In this document: positions 25,670 to 40,889 of the stretch, in pieces
Layout: the number at the start of each line of letters is the position of its first letter
Numbering within the stretch: position 1 is the first letter of the stretch
NCBI RefSeq assembly: GCF_018350175.1
Contig: NC_058368.1
Coordinates: 100,194,001-100,258,000 of the forward strand
Source of the DNA: Felis catus
Taxonomy: Eukaryota
Length of the DNA: 64,000 nt
Direction: 5' to 3'
The notes under the pieces: model-generated
Databases searched by the model: none
Seen by the model: only the letters and a program-made list of their open reading frames with translations
Told to the model about the DNA's origin: nothing
Translations under genes and position numbers: made by a program

Positions 25670-27791
25670 CTCTTTTTCTTCTTCTATCATCTCTCCTGTG
25701 GCTGATCTAAACACTGGCTGCTTGATTTTTTTTTTTTCTCTCTGAAAGTAGATGCATCATTTCCTATGACCCTCCAATAATGTTTGAAAATTCCTCCTCA
25801 GGTCACTGGTTCTTTCTTTTCCCTTTGGATATTCCCTTCTCTCTTAGAAATAAATCTTTCCGCCTCTCTCTGCTGTCATTATGAAGCTTTGTTTCTGAAT
25901 TTTTACCAATAAATATGTCATGTTTTTAGCAAATATCTCCTATAGAGGAGACTTCAACTGGATTCCCAGTTGACTGAGAACAAGTGCTCCTTGAAGGGAT
26001 TTTCAAACATTTAGTTGAGGAGGAAGACAGGGGAAAGGGACATTTTATAGCAAGGATCACAAATGGTCAGGAAGTCAAATGCCTTTGAGAATCAAGAATG
26101 AACTGCAAATAAATAAATCAAGGGGCTGACGAGAAACTTTGGAAGAGTGAAAACTAGCTGTCTGACCTATAGGCATGGCCTTTATTCCATATGTTTATAT
26201 TGGTTGTTGCCACATTGGAATGTGGACTCTGTATGGCCAGATCTTCCACTTTCTCAAAGGAAACCAAAATCCTGATTTGTGTGACATCTCCCAATTTTAA
26301 AACAATTGCACCCAGTTCAAACATTTTTAACTCTAAGCAGGTCAAAAGGAACTTATCTGTGGGCTGGATTTGGCCTATCAACCCTTTTTAAAAGTCTTGA
26401 TAAAGAGCTATTTGGAATAGAATAGAAATACTCCAAATTTCAGAAAAGATGGTTTGTATATTTGTCTAATATTCCACAGCCTGACTCCCCCTCCCCCCCT
26501 TTTTTTTTTTTTTGCCTACCCTTTGAATTTCTATACATGATAGGATTCTAATGTGATGAGACTGATGGTTTCCATAACCAGTTCTCTACCACTCCAAATG
26601 ACAATACTACAATTACATGGTCATACCTGTGTGGCATTTGTGACTCGAGTACTCTGTGATTTGGAAACTCAATATAGAGTGAAAATTACAGGCTCAATCT
26701 AACAATAGCCTTCATAGGGTGATATTATGAGCCTTAACAACATAAAATGTCCTTACCAAAGGCTCTACTTAGAAGTGTAAAGAGTGTATTTCTCCCATTT
26801 TCTGTTTGCATAGCTTTCCCAACACCATAGACTATTATGTCTACACCTGATAATTAGACTGAATGAAGGTGAAGAAACTTACTTCTTGGTTGAAAATGCT
26901 TCACAGTGAAGGAAAGACAAGGAAGGGTAAATTTTCATTAACTATTCAAAATCAGCCTGGAAATGCCCACGTGGACAGCCAGATTCCCTTAAAGCCCTAT
27001 AAACCTCAGGCTAAATAGCTTTTCTGAAAGTGGTTTCATTTTTCACCTTTCCGGTGCTGCTTCTGTCTTTCCCAAAACAGTCCACCCCCAGTTCCCAGTG
27101 GCTCTCACCTTAGAATCTTTTGTCATTCACGTGAGAATTATTGAGGACTGCATGTGCTACTGGCCCAGATGCTACACAGAAGGAAGTGCAGAGAATCCGA
27201 GTCAGCTGGTCGTCTTTCATCTATGAGTGGGGTCACTGTAATGCGACTCCCTATGTGGCAGTGCTGGCCTTATGGCTGGGCAGTCAGCTGCTGAAGATTA
27301 TCATATAAAATGAAGAAAAATGCCTAAATGGCGAATTTCTTCTTTTGGTTTAATTCTGTTAGTCACAAATGGAAAAGCAAACATGTTCTAGCTCTTGAAG
27401 CACAATGATGGTGGAACCATTACAAAAATAGGTTTTCAGTGGTCTGAATAAGTTGAGGATTGGATGTTAAGATGCATACCGTATGATTTTCTGAGATGCT
27501 ATGAAAGAACTCATTTGAGTTTATATTAGCTGCAATCCTGAGGTAATGTGCAGCTTGAATATCACAGATTTTTATTACTTATATTCTAAGGGTGGTTATA
27601 TCAGTCAGGAGACAGAAACCATACCACTTATTTAACTAGAATTTCATAAAAAGATTGTTAACCAGGAATGAAGTTGTTATAGGTAGTAACCAGCAGGGTA
27701 AAAAGAGAATGCTACTAAATGAAGGAGGCAACAGCTACCATTCCTAGGGCTGAAGTATCAAAGGAAGAGATTTATTGCCTGTTTGTGTTTT

Positions 27792-27847
<56 letters not shown>

Positions 27848-27962
27848 TTTCTTCTTCTGTCATCTCTCCTGTGGCTGTGTTTTTCTAGGTTATCAGAACC
27901 TAGAAACTTTGAAGAAGTGCCTTATGGAGCTGAAAATTGGATCTTCAAGGAGGAGATACAGA

Positions 27963-28185
27963 GGGACGCCTGGGTGTCTCAGTCAGTTGGGCATCCAACT
28001 TCGGTTCAGGTCATCTCACGGTTCGTGAGTTCAAGCCCCGGCTTGGGCTCTGTGCTGACAGCTCAGAGTCTAGAGCCTGCTTTGGATTCTGTGTCTCCAG
28101 TTCTCTCTGCCCCTCCCCTGCTTGAGCTCTGTCTCTCTCAAAAATAAACCTTTAAAAAAAAACAATAACAACAACAACAAAAAAC
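27963..28185 (+). mobile_element. CanSINE
   Basis: Typical head and (AAC)n-type tail. Confidence 0.88.
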
Positions 28186-28553
28186 AATGGCCTTCTTGTT
28201 CCTTTGAAAGCTCATGGAAAAAATAAGTTTTTATTTTCCTGAAGCAAAATATGTGATTCAACTTTGTTCCCAAAAAAATAATTCTAGGAAAGGGGGATTG
28301 TGAACCAATTTCTTCAGAACCACTGGTTCATGTTTACACTTTCAATTTTTTTATTTCTGATTTTCAGGAAAAAGTATATATTTAATAAGTCAGTTTTGGC
28401 CCCAAACATGTACTCTCTCAAAAAAAAAAAAATTCTCTCATCAAAAAAGAAGGTCCTGAAGTTAAAATATTGCTATTAGAATTCATTTTGTGCTAGGCCA
28501 AAGACATCTATTAAAATACAACTGTATCAATAAATTTCATAATTAAAAAAAAA

Positions 28554-29308
28554 GGGAAATGCAAATCAAAACCACTCTCAGATATCACCTCATGCCAGTC
28601 AGAGTGGCTACAATGAACAAAACAGGAGACTATAGATGCCGGAGAGGATGTGGAGAAATGAAAACCCTGTTGCACTGTTGGTGGGAATGCAAACTGGTGC
28701 AGCCACTCTGGAAACCAGTGTGGAGGTTCCTCAAAAAATTAAAAATAGACCTACCCTATGACCCAGTAGTAGCACTGCTAGGAATTTACCCAAGGGATAC
28801 AGGAGTACTGATGCATAGGGTCACTTGTACCCCAATGCTTATAGCAACACTCTCAACAATAGCCAAATTATGGAAAGAGCCTAAATGTCCATCCAGTGAT
28901 GAATGGATAAAGAAATTGTGGTTTATATACACAATGGAATACTATGGGGCAATGAGAAAGAATGAAATATGGCCTTTTGTAGCAACATGGATGGAACTGG
29001 AGAGTGTTATGCTCAGTGAAATAAGTCATACAGAGAAGGACAGATTCCATATGTTTTCACTCCTATGTGGATCCTGAGAAATTTAACAGAATACCATGGG
29101 GGAGGGGAAGGAAAAAAAAATGGTTAGAGAGGGAGGGAGCCAAAACATAAGAGACTCCTAAAAACTGAGAACAAACTGAGGGTTTATGGGGGGTGGGAGG
29201 GAGGGGTGGGTGGGTGATGGGTATTGAGGGCACCTGTTGGGATGAGCACTGGGTGTTGTATGGAAGCCAATTTGACAATAAATTTCATAATAAAAAATAA
29301 AATAAAAT
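28554..29308 (+). mobile_element. 5'-truncated felid L1 (ORF2 C-terminus, 3'UTR, A-rich tail)
   Basis: ORF 28559-29077 MQIKTTLRYHL...[14 protein letters not shown] is the L1 ORF2p cysteine-rich end; G-rich 3'UTR; (TAAAA)n tail; TSD aaaata(c/a)aactgtatc. Confidence 0.95.
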
Positions 29309-31254
29309 AAAATAAAACTGTATCTCATTAGAATTAGGCTTTAATTATAGATTTCATGCAAGTAGAAAACTATTTAAAAGTGGCTACAATACAAGTAGAC
29401 ATTTATTTCTCTTATGTAAATAAAGACCAAGGGTGACACTCGAGAGTTTTATGGTGGCTCCACCTTTACCAGGAACTCAAGTCCATACATGTCTGTGCTC
29501 TGTCATGTCAAGGGTCACGTGAATGTAGTCTGGTCCAAGATGGCTGCTAGTGCTCCAGCCATCACCTCTGTGTTTTAAGCATCAGTATGAAGGAAGGGAA
29601 GAGGAGAAGGTTGTGTCTCTTCCTTTCAGAAAGTGTATTTACAAGTCTTACACAATACTGCAAAGGGACCTGCAGACTTACCTGGGAAATCATGTGCTCA
29701 GCTAAGAATGGGGGCTCTCTTAATTTGAGGAAGTTGGGCAGAATAACTACTGGTGGGGAAATAGTCATCTTTGCCAGACTGTGGGAGGGATATTATCGCA
29801 TCAGTCATAAGCCTTGGTGTGAATAAGTCTATCGGCTCCCTTTTGAAAGCTAGATTTCCAAAGGAAGGAAGACTGGCAAGCATTTTAGGGCACCAGGCAG
29901 GGGAGAATGGAGCCTGCTGAATGAGGTGGATGGAAGATATTAAAGACAAACCTCCTCTATTTTACAATTTTGCTCAGAGCCAGCATCAGCTCAACTCCAT
30001 CTTTCTTATTTATTCGTTTGTACATTTAAAGAATTTGGATTCTATACTAACAGGGAAGGGGTTATGCATCACTTATATTTATTTTGTTTCAAAAGACTAC
30101 ACTTTAAAAAAAAAGATTTAATTCTTGGGTTGTGCTCTTTCCCCTCTTTTATAGGGAAACACCTTCTTATGCCAAGATAGGTTTGGATTTCCATGGTTAT
30201 TATATTCATCTTTGTCAGTGTGTCCCTCCCTTCCTGTGAACCCCAAAGGGCATGGAAAAATGGCATCATATCGATAAAATGTGATGCCTTCCAAGGCATT
30301 CCTTGAATATCCTATGTGCAAATATGGTCAAAATGAATAATTCAGACCAACTGGAGTGAACATTTCTCCACGGCTGCTTGGGGTAAAGCTGGCTGGCTTT
30401 GCAAAGTAGTTCTCTTTATAAACTAGCAACATTGCTTAATGATGTGACTGCATGGCAAGCCAATTTCTTAAGTGATTCAAGAATATACATTTAGTATTTT
30501 CCACTCATTTGGCCCTTAGAACTAACATATAGGGGAAAGCATCTGGCCATGCTACACCTTGTCAGAATCGCTGACGGAAACTTCCTAAGTTTCTCCATTT
30601 GACCCCGCCAGTCCCCAAAATTTCACTGGCTTCCAGCTACCTCCTCTTTCCTTTTTTGATACCTTTAATCACAATAAGACAGAAATTTCAGGAGGACATT
30701 GAGGGAGGAAAGAGATGGTAAAAAGAAAGAAAGAAAGAAAGAAAGAAAAGAAAAGAAAGATACAGTTAGGAATTTGATGATGCTCTCAAGTTTGCTCCAA
30801 AGTATCTCCAGTGCAAACATGTCCACTTGCAGAAAGATCCATCTCTAATCAAAATGGTGAAGTGGCTGCAAAGAGAACACCTCTGGCCTCTTGGGGCAGC
30901 CTTTGCTTTCCCCCTGCACTCACTGTCCCCCAACTACCCCTCCCCCATCCCCACGCCTGTGTGGTAATGTGGATTTCTTTCAGGGATGTTGGTGAGATTA
31001 GGAAAAAGATCCGTATTGCATATCATGCAGGGGGAAAATGTCATCGAGAAAGCCAGTTCCAGCAAAATAAAATGACCCCTGTTGGTTCAGGAAAAATACT
31101 GTCCCCAGTATCCCCAGTCTCTCTCTCCTGCTTTTTCCATCTCCAAGGCTTCACCTCCTCCCTTTTCTCTCTTCCTTCTCCTAAAGGGCAACATAAAGCC
31201 TGGTGAAAGCTTAGTTACCTTCCCATGAGACATATGAATTGTACATTAAAACAG

Positions 31255-31515
31255 GGAAGAAGCTCAGTGGGTGGAATGTTCAGCAGAGTGAATCATGGAA
31301 AGAGCCGACTCCTGGAGCCAAAGGGAGCTGGCGTTGGTCCCCAGTTCTGTCACTTCAACACTGACTGTCTTGGGCAAGTTACTTGCCTTTTCTGAGTCAC
31401 AGGGTCTTCAGTTTATAAAACTGAAACAATACCTGCCTCCTCATTTGAGAATTGATTGAAATTATGTGTGTAAAAATTAGTGCACTATCTGATGCCTAGT
31501 TGGTGTTCAGTATTA
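31255..31515. mobile_element. MIR remnant
   Basis: MIR core cttgggcaagttactt..tctgagtc; similar cores near 2580-2690, 17760-17920, 39520-39700 and 46300-46480. Confidence 0.65.
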
Positions 31516-31881
31516 GTTCTTTTACCTGATCATAAAGAGACGGGAATTGTTGAGGCAAGTTATGGGGCCTTCCCAGTATTCTGATTGGCTGGGAGCTGTG
31601 TGGGGGGTGGGGGGAAGGGAGAGAGAGAGAAAGAAAAGATAGAGATTGTGAGCAAGCTTAGGGGGAGTAAGGTTATTTAATTGCATTGATTTTTCCTGCC
31701 TCCTTAAGTCCTTTTGTTGTCTGCAACTTCCGGGTATGAAGGAAAATGGAAAATGAAAACAAGGGGTCCTTGTTGTCAAGGACCTGGATACTGGTCCAAC
31801 AAGATACTGGAACCAACCGAAGCAATGGTTTGGGGTGATTTCCCCCATAAGCCGATAAAATTGTACTAGATTCCTTGTGGG

Positions 31882-32124
31882 TTTTTCTTAATTTTTTAAA
31901 AATTTTTATTTATTTTTGAAAGAGAGAGAGAGAGACAGAGAACATGAGTGGGGAAGGGACAGAGAGAGAAGGAGACACAGAATCTGAAGCAGACTCCAGG
32001 CTCTGAGCTGTCAGCACAGAGCCCAACTCGGGGCTCGAGTTCTTGAAATGAGAGATCATGACCTGAGAGATCATGACCTGAGCCAAAGTTGGACGCTCGA
32101 CCAACGAAGCCACCCAGACGCCCC
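31882..32124 (-). mobile_element. CanSINE with 15-bp internal duplication
   Basis: TSD attccttgtg; tgagagatcatgacc twice. Confidence 0.9.
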
Positions 32125-32744
32125 TATTCCTTGTGTTTTTTTAGATCCACTTTCTTTTTTGGACGGTGCCAATCAGGTGACACATTTTGTTTCTCTGAGG
32201 TTCATTTTCTGTGCTGGCTACTCTGGGGCCAACACATTCTTTTGTCACGTGTTAATATCACTGTCTGAGGATCTGTCCAAATGACAGATAGCTTTGTTTT
32301 CTGTGCCAGAACCAATCCGATAGTCTTAAGTGCAAAGATTCAGACCTTCCTTGGCACCAAAATACAGGAACTAGGCATAGGTCTCCCAGCTTTTTTTGTC
32401 CCGTAGCAAATGCAATGCCCAACCAGTGTTTTGACATGACCAGAAGGCTGTCCTTGTGCTGTGTGGACCCAGGCTTCTGCTATGTCTACAGGGTCCAGCC
32501 TCAGATCAACTGCTGCTTTCTTCATGGTTGGGAGTGGGTAATACCCACAGAGCCAGACCTGAGTCACCCTTCCAGAAATGCAGAAGGCCCTAAGACTTCC
32601 GACAGCAATCTTTCCTGGGGTTTAGACAATAATCTTCCCCCTGGGTGAAACTGACTCATACTTTTCCCCAAGGTAAAAATTCTTTAGCCTTTTGCCCGTG
32701 ATGTTTGGGAAAATCATGAGCCATGTTTTTATAAAAATTATTTG

Positions 32745-33115
32745 GAAGACAGATAGATAACATCTATTATAATATATCATATAATCATATACAGTTATTT
32801 GTAACAATAAATTAATGATTAATATTGATAATTAAAATAATTTAAATTAAATTTAAAATCATTTAAAATAATAAATTATACATATAATGTAATATATAGT
32901 ATAATGTATAAATATAAAGTATATTTGTATATAATAATAGATATCTGTATTATCTATCTTCCATATTATGGTTATTATATATTACATATAATAATATATG
33001 TAACTATAATATATAAATAGATATTTATCTAATTGTATATTATCTGTATTATCTAATCTTTATTATCCATATTATCCATCTGTATAGATATAGATACGAT
33101 AGAGATAGGGATAAT
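32745..33115. repeat. AT-rich low-complexity tract
   Basis: Direct reading; atctgtattatcta occurs twice. Confidence 0.85.
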
Positions 33116-33936
33116 ACAAGGAAATGAGTTCAATAGCTATAAAAAGAACATCAAGCAAAATTTCAACCTGTCCATCGCAGGGGAGATCTACAGAGATTTT
33201 ACCAAGAAGGGTAAAGGCCTGGGTGGCATTCTTGGCTTGACATACATGGCCACAATTTATCCATATTCCATTCCCACAATAAAGAAAAGTGGAAACCTGG
33301 TAGGTTATAAGAAGTTTGCCCACTCTGGGGGCTTTCCTGATAATTCTCATAATATTCACTGTTGAACTACTCTGGCAGGAGCTCTTGACCTTAGGCTCAT
33401 GAGCACTCATTAAGTCTGGCATATTACTATGTCTCGAATATAACATATATCATGACCAAAAATATTTGATAAATTATTTCAACAAAATTAGTTTCACTGG
33501 TAATAGTAAGAATTTTATTTTTGGCTTTTAAAATGATTATTCTGAGAAGAGGTTCATAGGCTTCAGAGAATTATCAAAAGGATTCATGGCACTAAAAAGC
33601 TGTGAATCCCTAAAGGAGTGGAAGAAAGTCTTTTTATATTACCCACAGCTTCATTAATCTCATTGTCACGGTTGCTGGTTCTATCTTCCGTGGTCTCACC
33701 ACCATGCCCCTGTGGGTGTGTGCCCTGTGTGTCTGTGATACACTGTAACTGTTGATCTTTCTTTGGACAGAACACTTCTTTATACAGTAAAATTCATAAT
33801 GGAAATTTTCTTCAAATTTATTTCAAAATGTATTGAACAAATCTTATCTGCCAGTTACTCTGCTAGCCAAAGAGGATACTAGGTCCAAAAAAAAAAAAAA
33901 ATTACTGTTCTTTGTCACCTTACAATCTAAGGGGGA

Positions 33937-33937
33937 T

Positions 33938-33969
<32 letters not shown>
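33937..33969. repeat. (TG)n microsatellite just upstream of the ZNF474 acceptor
   Basis: Direct reading. Confidence 0.95.
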
Positions 33970-35258
<1,289 letters not shown>

Positions 35259-35350
35259 GATGCATTGAGTGGACCTGGGGGTATATTCTGCCTCCAGGGG
35301 AGGGAGAGAAAACGATCCCCAGGATGCCCCACTCCTAGGATGTTTTCTTT

Positions 35351-35576
35351 TTTTTTTTTTTTTAATTTTTTTTAACATTTATTTATTTTTGAGACAGAGA
35401 GAGACAGAGCATGAACAGGGGAGGGGCAGAGAGAGAGGGAGACACAGAATCCGAAACAGGCTCCAGGCTCTGAGTGGTCAGCACAGAGCCCGACGCGAGG
35501 CTGGAACTCACGCACCGTGAGATCATGACCTGAGCCGAAGTCGGACGCTCAACCGACCGAGCCACCCAGGCGTCCC
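35351..35576 (-). mobile_element. Felid CanSINE in the ZNF474 3'UTR / start of the long intron
   Basis: TSD ggatgttttcttt. Confidence 0.93.
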
Positions 35577-35965
35577 GGATGTTTTCTTTCCGTGACTTAT
35601 TTCTGCCTCCCTGCAGCCTGTCCGACCCCAGGGGCTGTATCTCTGATGGCCAAGTAGATGCGAGAACATCCCCACCTGGTGGAGTTATAGTCCTTTTCCG
35701 CTCTGCCTAAAGAAAGAGAGATGGATGTCTTTCTTCCCTGATTCCTCATCCCAAGAATCCTTGGGAGAGACTGTTATTTGAAAATGAGTCATTAATGCTG
35801 TGTCTACATTGCAGAGATATAATCCCCATTCCAACGGCCCATATTTATGACCGGTTTATTTTAGTCATCTACCTTAGGAATTCATTTTTGGCAATGCGGG
35901 GTTATGCTGAGTTTATCTTGCTAAAATAGAATCTGTGTCAAAAGCCCCAAATGACTTTAGCAACA

Positions 35966-35971
35966 ATTAAA
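35966..35971 (+). terminator. Candidate poly(A) signal ATTAAA for the short ZNF474 transcript
   Basis: First AATAAA/ATTAAA hexamer I found after the stop; T-rich stretch (catgtttttcttt) about 45 nt downstream. Confidence 0.4.
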
Positions 35972-36443
35972 CACTGGAGCACTTGCAGAAATAGACGTGC
36001 TCTTCAAATACAGCATGTTTTTCTTTGAACACTCACACGATTGTAATATGTAGGAGATTAACTCCAGGGGAGTCTCCAAAGCAACGAGGTGTGGGTTCAT
36101 GGTTCTGGGAAGGGTTTAGCTCCCATTGATGCTCTGTACGCTGTATTTGGGTTGGATACGAGACTCTGCTCCCCACTTGGGCAACTGGGAATAAGCATGA
36201 GCCCATGGGCCCCCAACCTCTATGGTGAAGTATTGTTTACCTGAAGTGTCAGTGTCAGCCGGAATTGGGGAAGAATGTGTGTGGCCCCCCACGCAGCATG
36301 GTCCATGTGCTGCCCTTAAGCCCAGGAGTGGGTATACTGTTCTGTGTCATACCTTGCAGAATCTCAAATCATGAGAAATAGGAAGTGGTCAAAATTTTTT
36401 CTCCATGGCTTGGTACTAAAACACCCCACCTCTGCAAGGATTC

Positions 36444-36553
36444 TTTTTTTTTTTTTTTTTTTCAAGTAGGCTCCACACCCAGATTCGGACTAGAACTCAT
36501 GACCCTGAGATCAAAAGTCACATTCTTTACTGACCGAACCAGCCAGGTGCCCC
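36444..36553 (-). mobile_element. Short older CanSINE lacking the CT tract
   Basis: T tail plus head; TSD tgca(a/g)gga(t/c)tcttt. Confidence 0.8.
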
Positions 36554-39190
36554 TGCAGGGACTCTTTAAATGGACTGTTTGGGGAAACTGAGGTTACCCA
36601 AGCTATCATAAAGGATTCAACCAGAAGGATTGGGGGGTGGGGGAGTGGAGAAGGCAGCCTTTATTTTTAATGCAACTTTTCTTGCTTACTTTTTTTTTTA
36701 TTGCATTATATTGGCAAACTTCTAGTACTTTTCCATAACTTTCGTGTTTAAAATGAAATTATTAGAAACTTACTGGTTTACAAGTTTCCAAGACAATGAT
36801 TCTAAAGCCAAAGGGTCAGACTAAGAGATGCCGAGCAAGTTTTCCAGTGAACATTGAAGAAAGAAAGGCTAGTTTCTGTGCTGAAATCAAAACCCAAGCT
36901 CTTTAAGTGTGGCATGGGCTGCAGGCTGGTCTCATAAACATGATCTGTTTTTCCCATCTTCTAGCTGTTGCTTTTATTCCAGAACGTGTGGGGTCTGGAT
37001 TCAGAGAACACAAGAATCTGTGTTTCAGGGCCACAACTCAGAAAGTCCATGAGCTCTCTGATTTGCAGCCCTGTTTCCTGATTGTGTGCATTTGCTTCCC
37101 GTGGTCTCAGTACAGATCTCAAGATAGGGAAGAGTGTGGTCAGGAATCCTGTGCTTGTTGTAACACATACTCTGTGCCAACAGGCTAAGCACAGCGTGTT
37201 CTCAGTCAGTCACGACTGCTAAACGAGGCTGGCCTGGGCCCACGGCTTCACAGGAAGACACCTCCTGACTCACCCAGTCATCCGGAGGGGAGATGTCAGA
37301 AGGAGAGGTCAGCAATGGCCCTCGGTGACTTGTGCATTTAGATCAAAGTAGGGGGAGTCCGTCACAACAAGGGCATCTGGAGGATGTGGCTCTGTCACAG
37401 TGTAACCAACCCGGCTCCCGGACCTGAGAGGGCGCGTGTCAGTGAAAAACTGGCACCCATTGCTGTCAGATGTGTGCTGGCCCATTCGGGGACCACACAG
37501 GCATTAGTGGAGGGCATGGGGAGGTCATCCAACATAGGGTCCCTTTAGCTGCCAGACTTAAAGCAAGCTTGCGTTAATTAAAATGGAGAAAATGGGTAGG
37601 CTTCAGAGAGGCGTAAGATCTCTTGGAGCATTGGACTTTACTTCTTCCCTAGAAGAGATATTTGCCATTCCACAGTGCTTTCAACAGGAAACCTCTCCCG
37701 GGTAGTGTGGTTTTCTCTTTGGGTTACGATTTGATCCTGTTCTATTGCTGTTTTTCTTTCTCTGTGTCATTTAAAATTTAGATAGTACAGCTTCCTTGTA
37801 TCATTTAAAGTTGAGATGTTATGGGACATAATCCATTTCCCATAAAGATCACTGCTTTGTGCACTGTTCGATTTCAGGATTTCATCTGCCTGTGACAGCC
37901 GACTTTTGGCTACGACACGACACAGGCCCGTTCTTTTCACAATTCAGATGTGTGTTTCTCTTCTTCTCTTGTCAATCAAAGCCGTTTTCCTCTAGAATCC
38001 TTGAGCCGACTTCAGATCAGAATCCGCGATCTTGCCTGAGGCTCTCAGGGGGCTCAATCTCGTAGTGAATTCAGGTGAGGAAAAATCTTTTCAGAACCTT
38101 GATCGTAGTGCTGGGAAAACCATTCGTTCCAGTTGGGCAACAGTGACCGTTTCTCTGGCAGAGTGAATTACCCTGTGCTCGGAATGTTCCTTCAACATAG
38201 ACTGGCTCAGTTCTCTTATGACACAGGGGTTCCTGTTACCCTTCAATCAAATCTAAACGCAAATAAAGGCCGCTGAGACGAGTTCCTCTCCAAGACTTCC
38301 ATGGGCAGTTTGCTTTAGCCCCGCCTCGCCCACGAAACCACAGTGTGGGCTGGAATTGTCCATTGTCTCTTCCAGAAGACAGGCCTGAATTTACCCTTTC
38401 TGATCTCACAGGCAAGCTGGGAAGGAGACTAAGCAGGATGTAAGAGAAATAAAACCCTGATGGGGATTTTTATTTCAAAGGTGGAACTGACCTGGGGTTG
38501 CTGCATCCACAGTTTACGTGGTACCGTGAGCAGGATAACACTTTCTTTCTTTCCTCCAAAAACAGGGGAAAGCCTGCATGAGCAGTATCTACTTTAGCAG
38601 GACTTTCAAAGTGGTGAGAAGCCTGGATGAAATTTGGATGCATAAGATGGAAACAGATCAATTATCGGTTTGAATGTTAGTATTGGCATTTAATCTACTG
38701 AATTTTAGTCTATTTAGTAAGTCTATTGTCTCTCTTAGCAAGCACTTTCCTAAGCGATGCTGAGGGGTACAGTAATAGAGCTCATTGTTGATCCTTACTT
38801 TCATATGAATGAATAAATTTTAATGCTTGCATTTAATATTTGGAAAAAATGTTGCCCTTTTCTAGAAGCTGATAGTATTTCGTTCTTCAACTGCAGGCCT
38901 TTTCTGGCTAATGGGAACACAGATCGGCAGTTTATTAAATGTAACTGCAAACCAAAATGAAGCCTTTGTCTCATTACCTTTTATTAGGTAGATAATGCTT
39001 GGAGTTATTTTCTTAGAATTCTGCTCATAGGATGTGAAAATCCTATACCATATTACAAAGTAGGCATGTTTTTCTTTAGGAAATCATCTATTTCTATAAA
39101 TCATTCTCTCTGTAGTGTTAAGCTACCTTTGGCATCAGAGATGCTTAGATTTGAGCTAAAAATCCCATCAGACCCATCTCTAGCATCTGG

Positions 39191-39207
39191 TGCTGCCATC
39201 TGGTGTT
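39191..39207 (-). promoter_or_regulatory. CTCF-like motif
   Basis: Minus strand reads AACACCAGATGGCAGCA, close to the CTCF core CCACCAG(A/G)(G/T)GGCAG. Confidence 0.5.
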
Positions 39208-40889
39208 TTCTTTTAAAGTACAGTGTCTATGCTGTGAAAAATGCTATTCTTTTTGTGTTACCTCCACATACATTTGAGAAAGTGCTCTTAGAATACAAAC
39301 CCCAGTTATTGAGCACTACAATTATATATGTGATTTAAATATCATAAGTACTGTTCCATGACTAACTATCCCATTCTCTAAAGGCAAGACTCTCAGTGGG
39401 AATGTCATAATCAGAAAGACTCAGAAGGACAGGACACATGTTCTCAAAGGATTGTGCACATTTGTATCTTTTGGGTTTGGAGTTTATAAGAAGGCATGGA
39501 AGAAAGGAAACCAACTTTTTATTGAGTACCTTGATGATCAGTACTATATATTCATGATCGGAGCTTAATATTCCACAATATAACCATAAGACAGATACTA
39601 TTTTCTGACTTCTATCTGGGGAGACTGAAGTTAAACAACCTGACCAAAGTTACACAGTGGGTTTGGTAGTGGGTGTCAGAGCCAGATCTAATTACGAAGA
39701 CCCTATCTTTTCAAGTCTAAGAGGCGTGGAATGTGTGGGATACAACTTGGGTGTGGCTACCCTGCCAGGCTAGGACTGCTGAGTAAGACAAAGTGGACAG
39801 AAGTGTGTTCATTCAGCAAATATATATAGTTAGGCATTGGAATAAGTATTAAATATCTAGTCATAAAAAAGACACAGTTCTTGATCTCATGGAGTTTTTA
39901 TTCTTACAGAGGAAGTAATAGGAAATAAATATAAATAAATATACAGCTGCAAATTGTGATATACCAGTGAATAATGACAGGAGGTGGACATTCAGAATCT
40001 CGGTTAGAGGAAACCTCAGGGAGGAAGCGACATTTCAGCTGAGACATGACCTGTAAGAAAGAATTGGCCAGGAAGAAAGATGTGAGGAGAAGGGAGTAAT
40101 AAGAGGAGGAGACATTCTGGCTGAAGGTAGTGTGGTCAGAGCTCAATGAGGGGGGTGACAGGGACACAAGATGAGGCTGTAGAAACACCATAGTCCCTGC
40201 AGCTATCCAGGAGACATGGGTCATCAGTTGTGTGGCTCTTGCAGGGATCCAGCTGAGAGCAGATGAAAACTTGGCCAAGGCATTTGGTAGCAAAGACAGA
40301 GATAAGGTATATGCACAGAATTTGGTGGTAGTTGGGATGTGGAGGTCTGAGGAGGGGTCAAGCACGGCTCCCAAACTTCTAGCTTGGGCAAGTGCTCTGG
40401 TGCCATTTTCTAATATGGGAAGACTTGAGACAGGGTAGGCTCTTGGAAGTTAACACCAATGGTTCTTTTCTGGACACGGCAAATTCAAAGTGCTTGTGAC
40501 ATATCTAAGTGGGTAAGTCAGACTGAATATAGAAGTCAGGATCTCAAAAGAGAAGGTTGGACTGGGATATATATTTGTGCATTTTTAATGTATATTTAAG
40601 GTCATAGGAATGAACAGAGGGTTGGGAAAGGAGATGCCAGGCCGAGCCCTGAGGCATTAAATCATTGAGGCACTAAAGGAAAAGGAACTGGAGAATGAGA
40701 GGCTGGAGACACTACAGAAAATGTCACGAACAAGCGTGTGGAAAGCAGGGCGGGATGCTGAAAGGTGGAGCAGGATGAGGGCCAAAAAATAACTATTCGA
40801 TTTGGCAGTGTGGACTGAGTCTTATAGCCTTGGAAAGAACATATCCGGAGTAGTGGTGAGGATTCCAGAGTGTGTGAATGATGAAGATC

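Noticed and set aside
28559..29077. 172-aa ORF as a host gene
   Set aside because: It is the L1 ORF2p C-terminus of a truncated element.
37982..38080. Possible cassette exon ending CAG|GTGAGG at 38074
   Set aside because: Both candidate acceptors give in-frame stops relative to the phase-0 donor and no homology is visible; at most a non-coding or poison exon.
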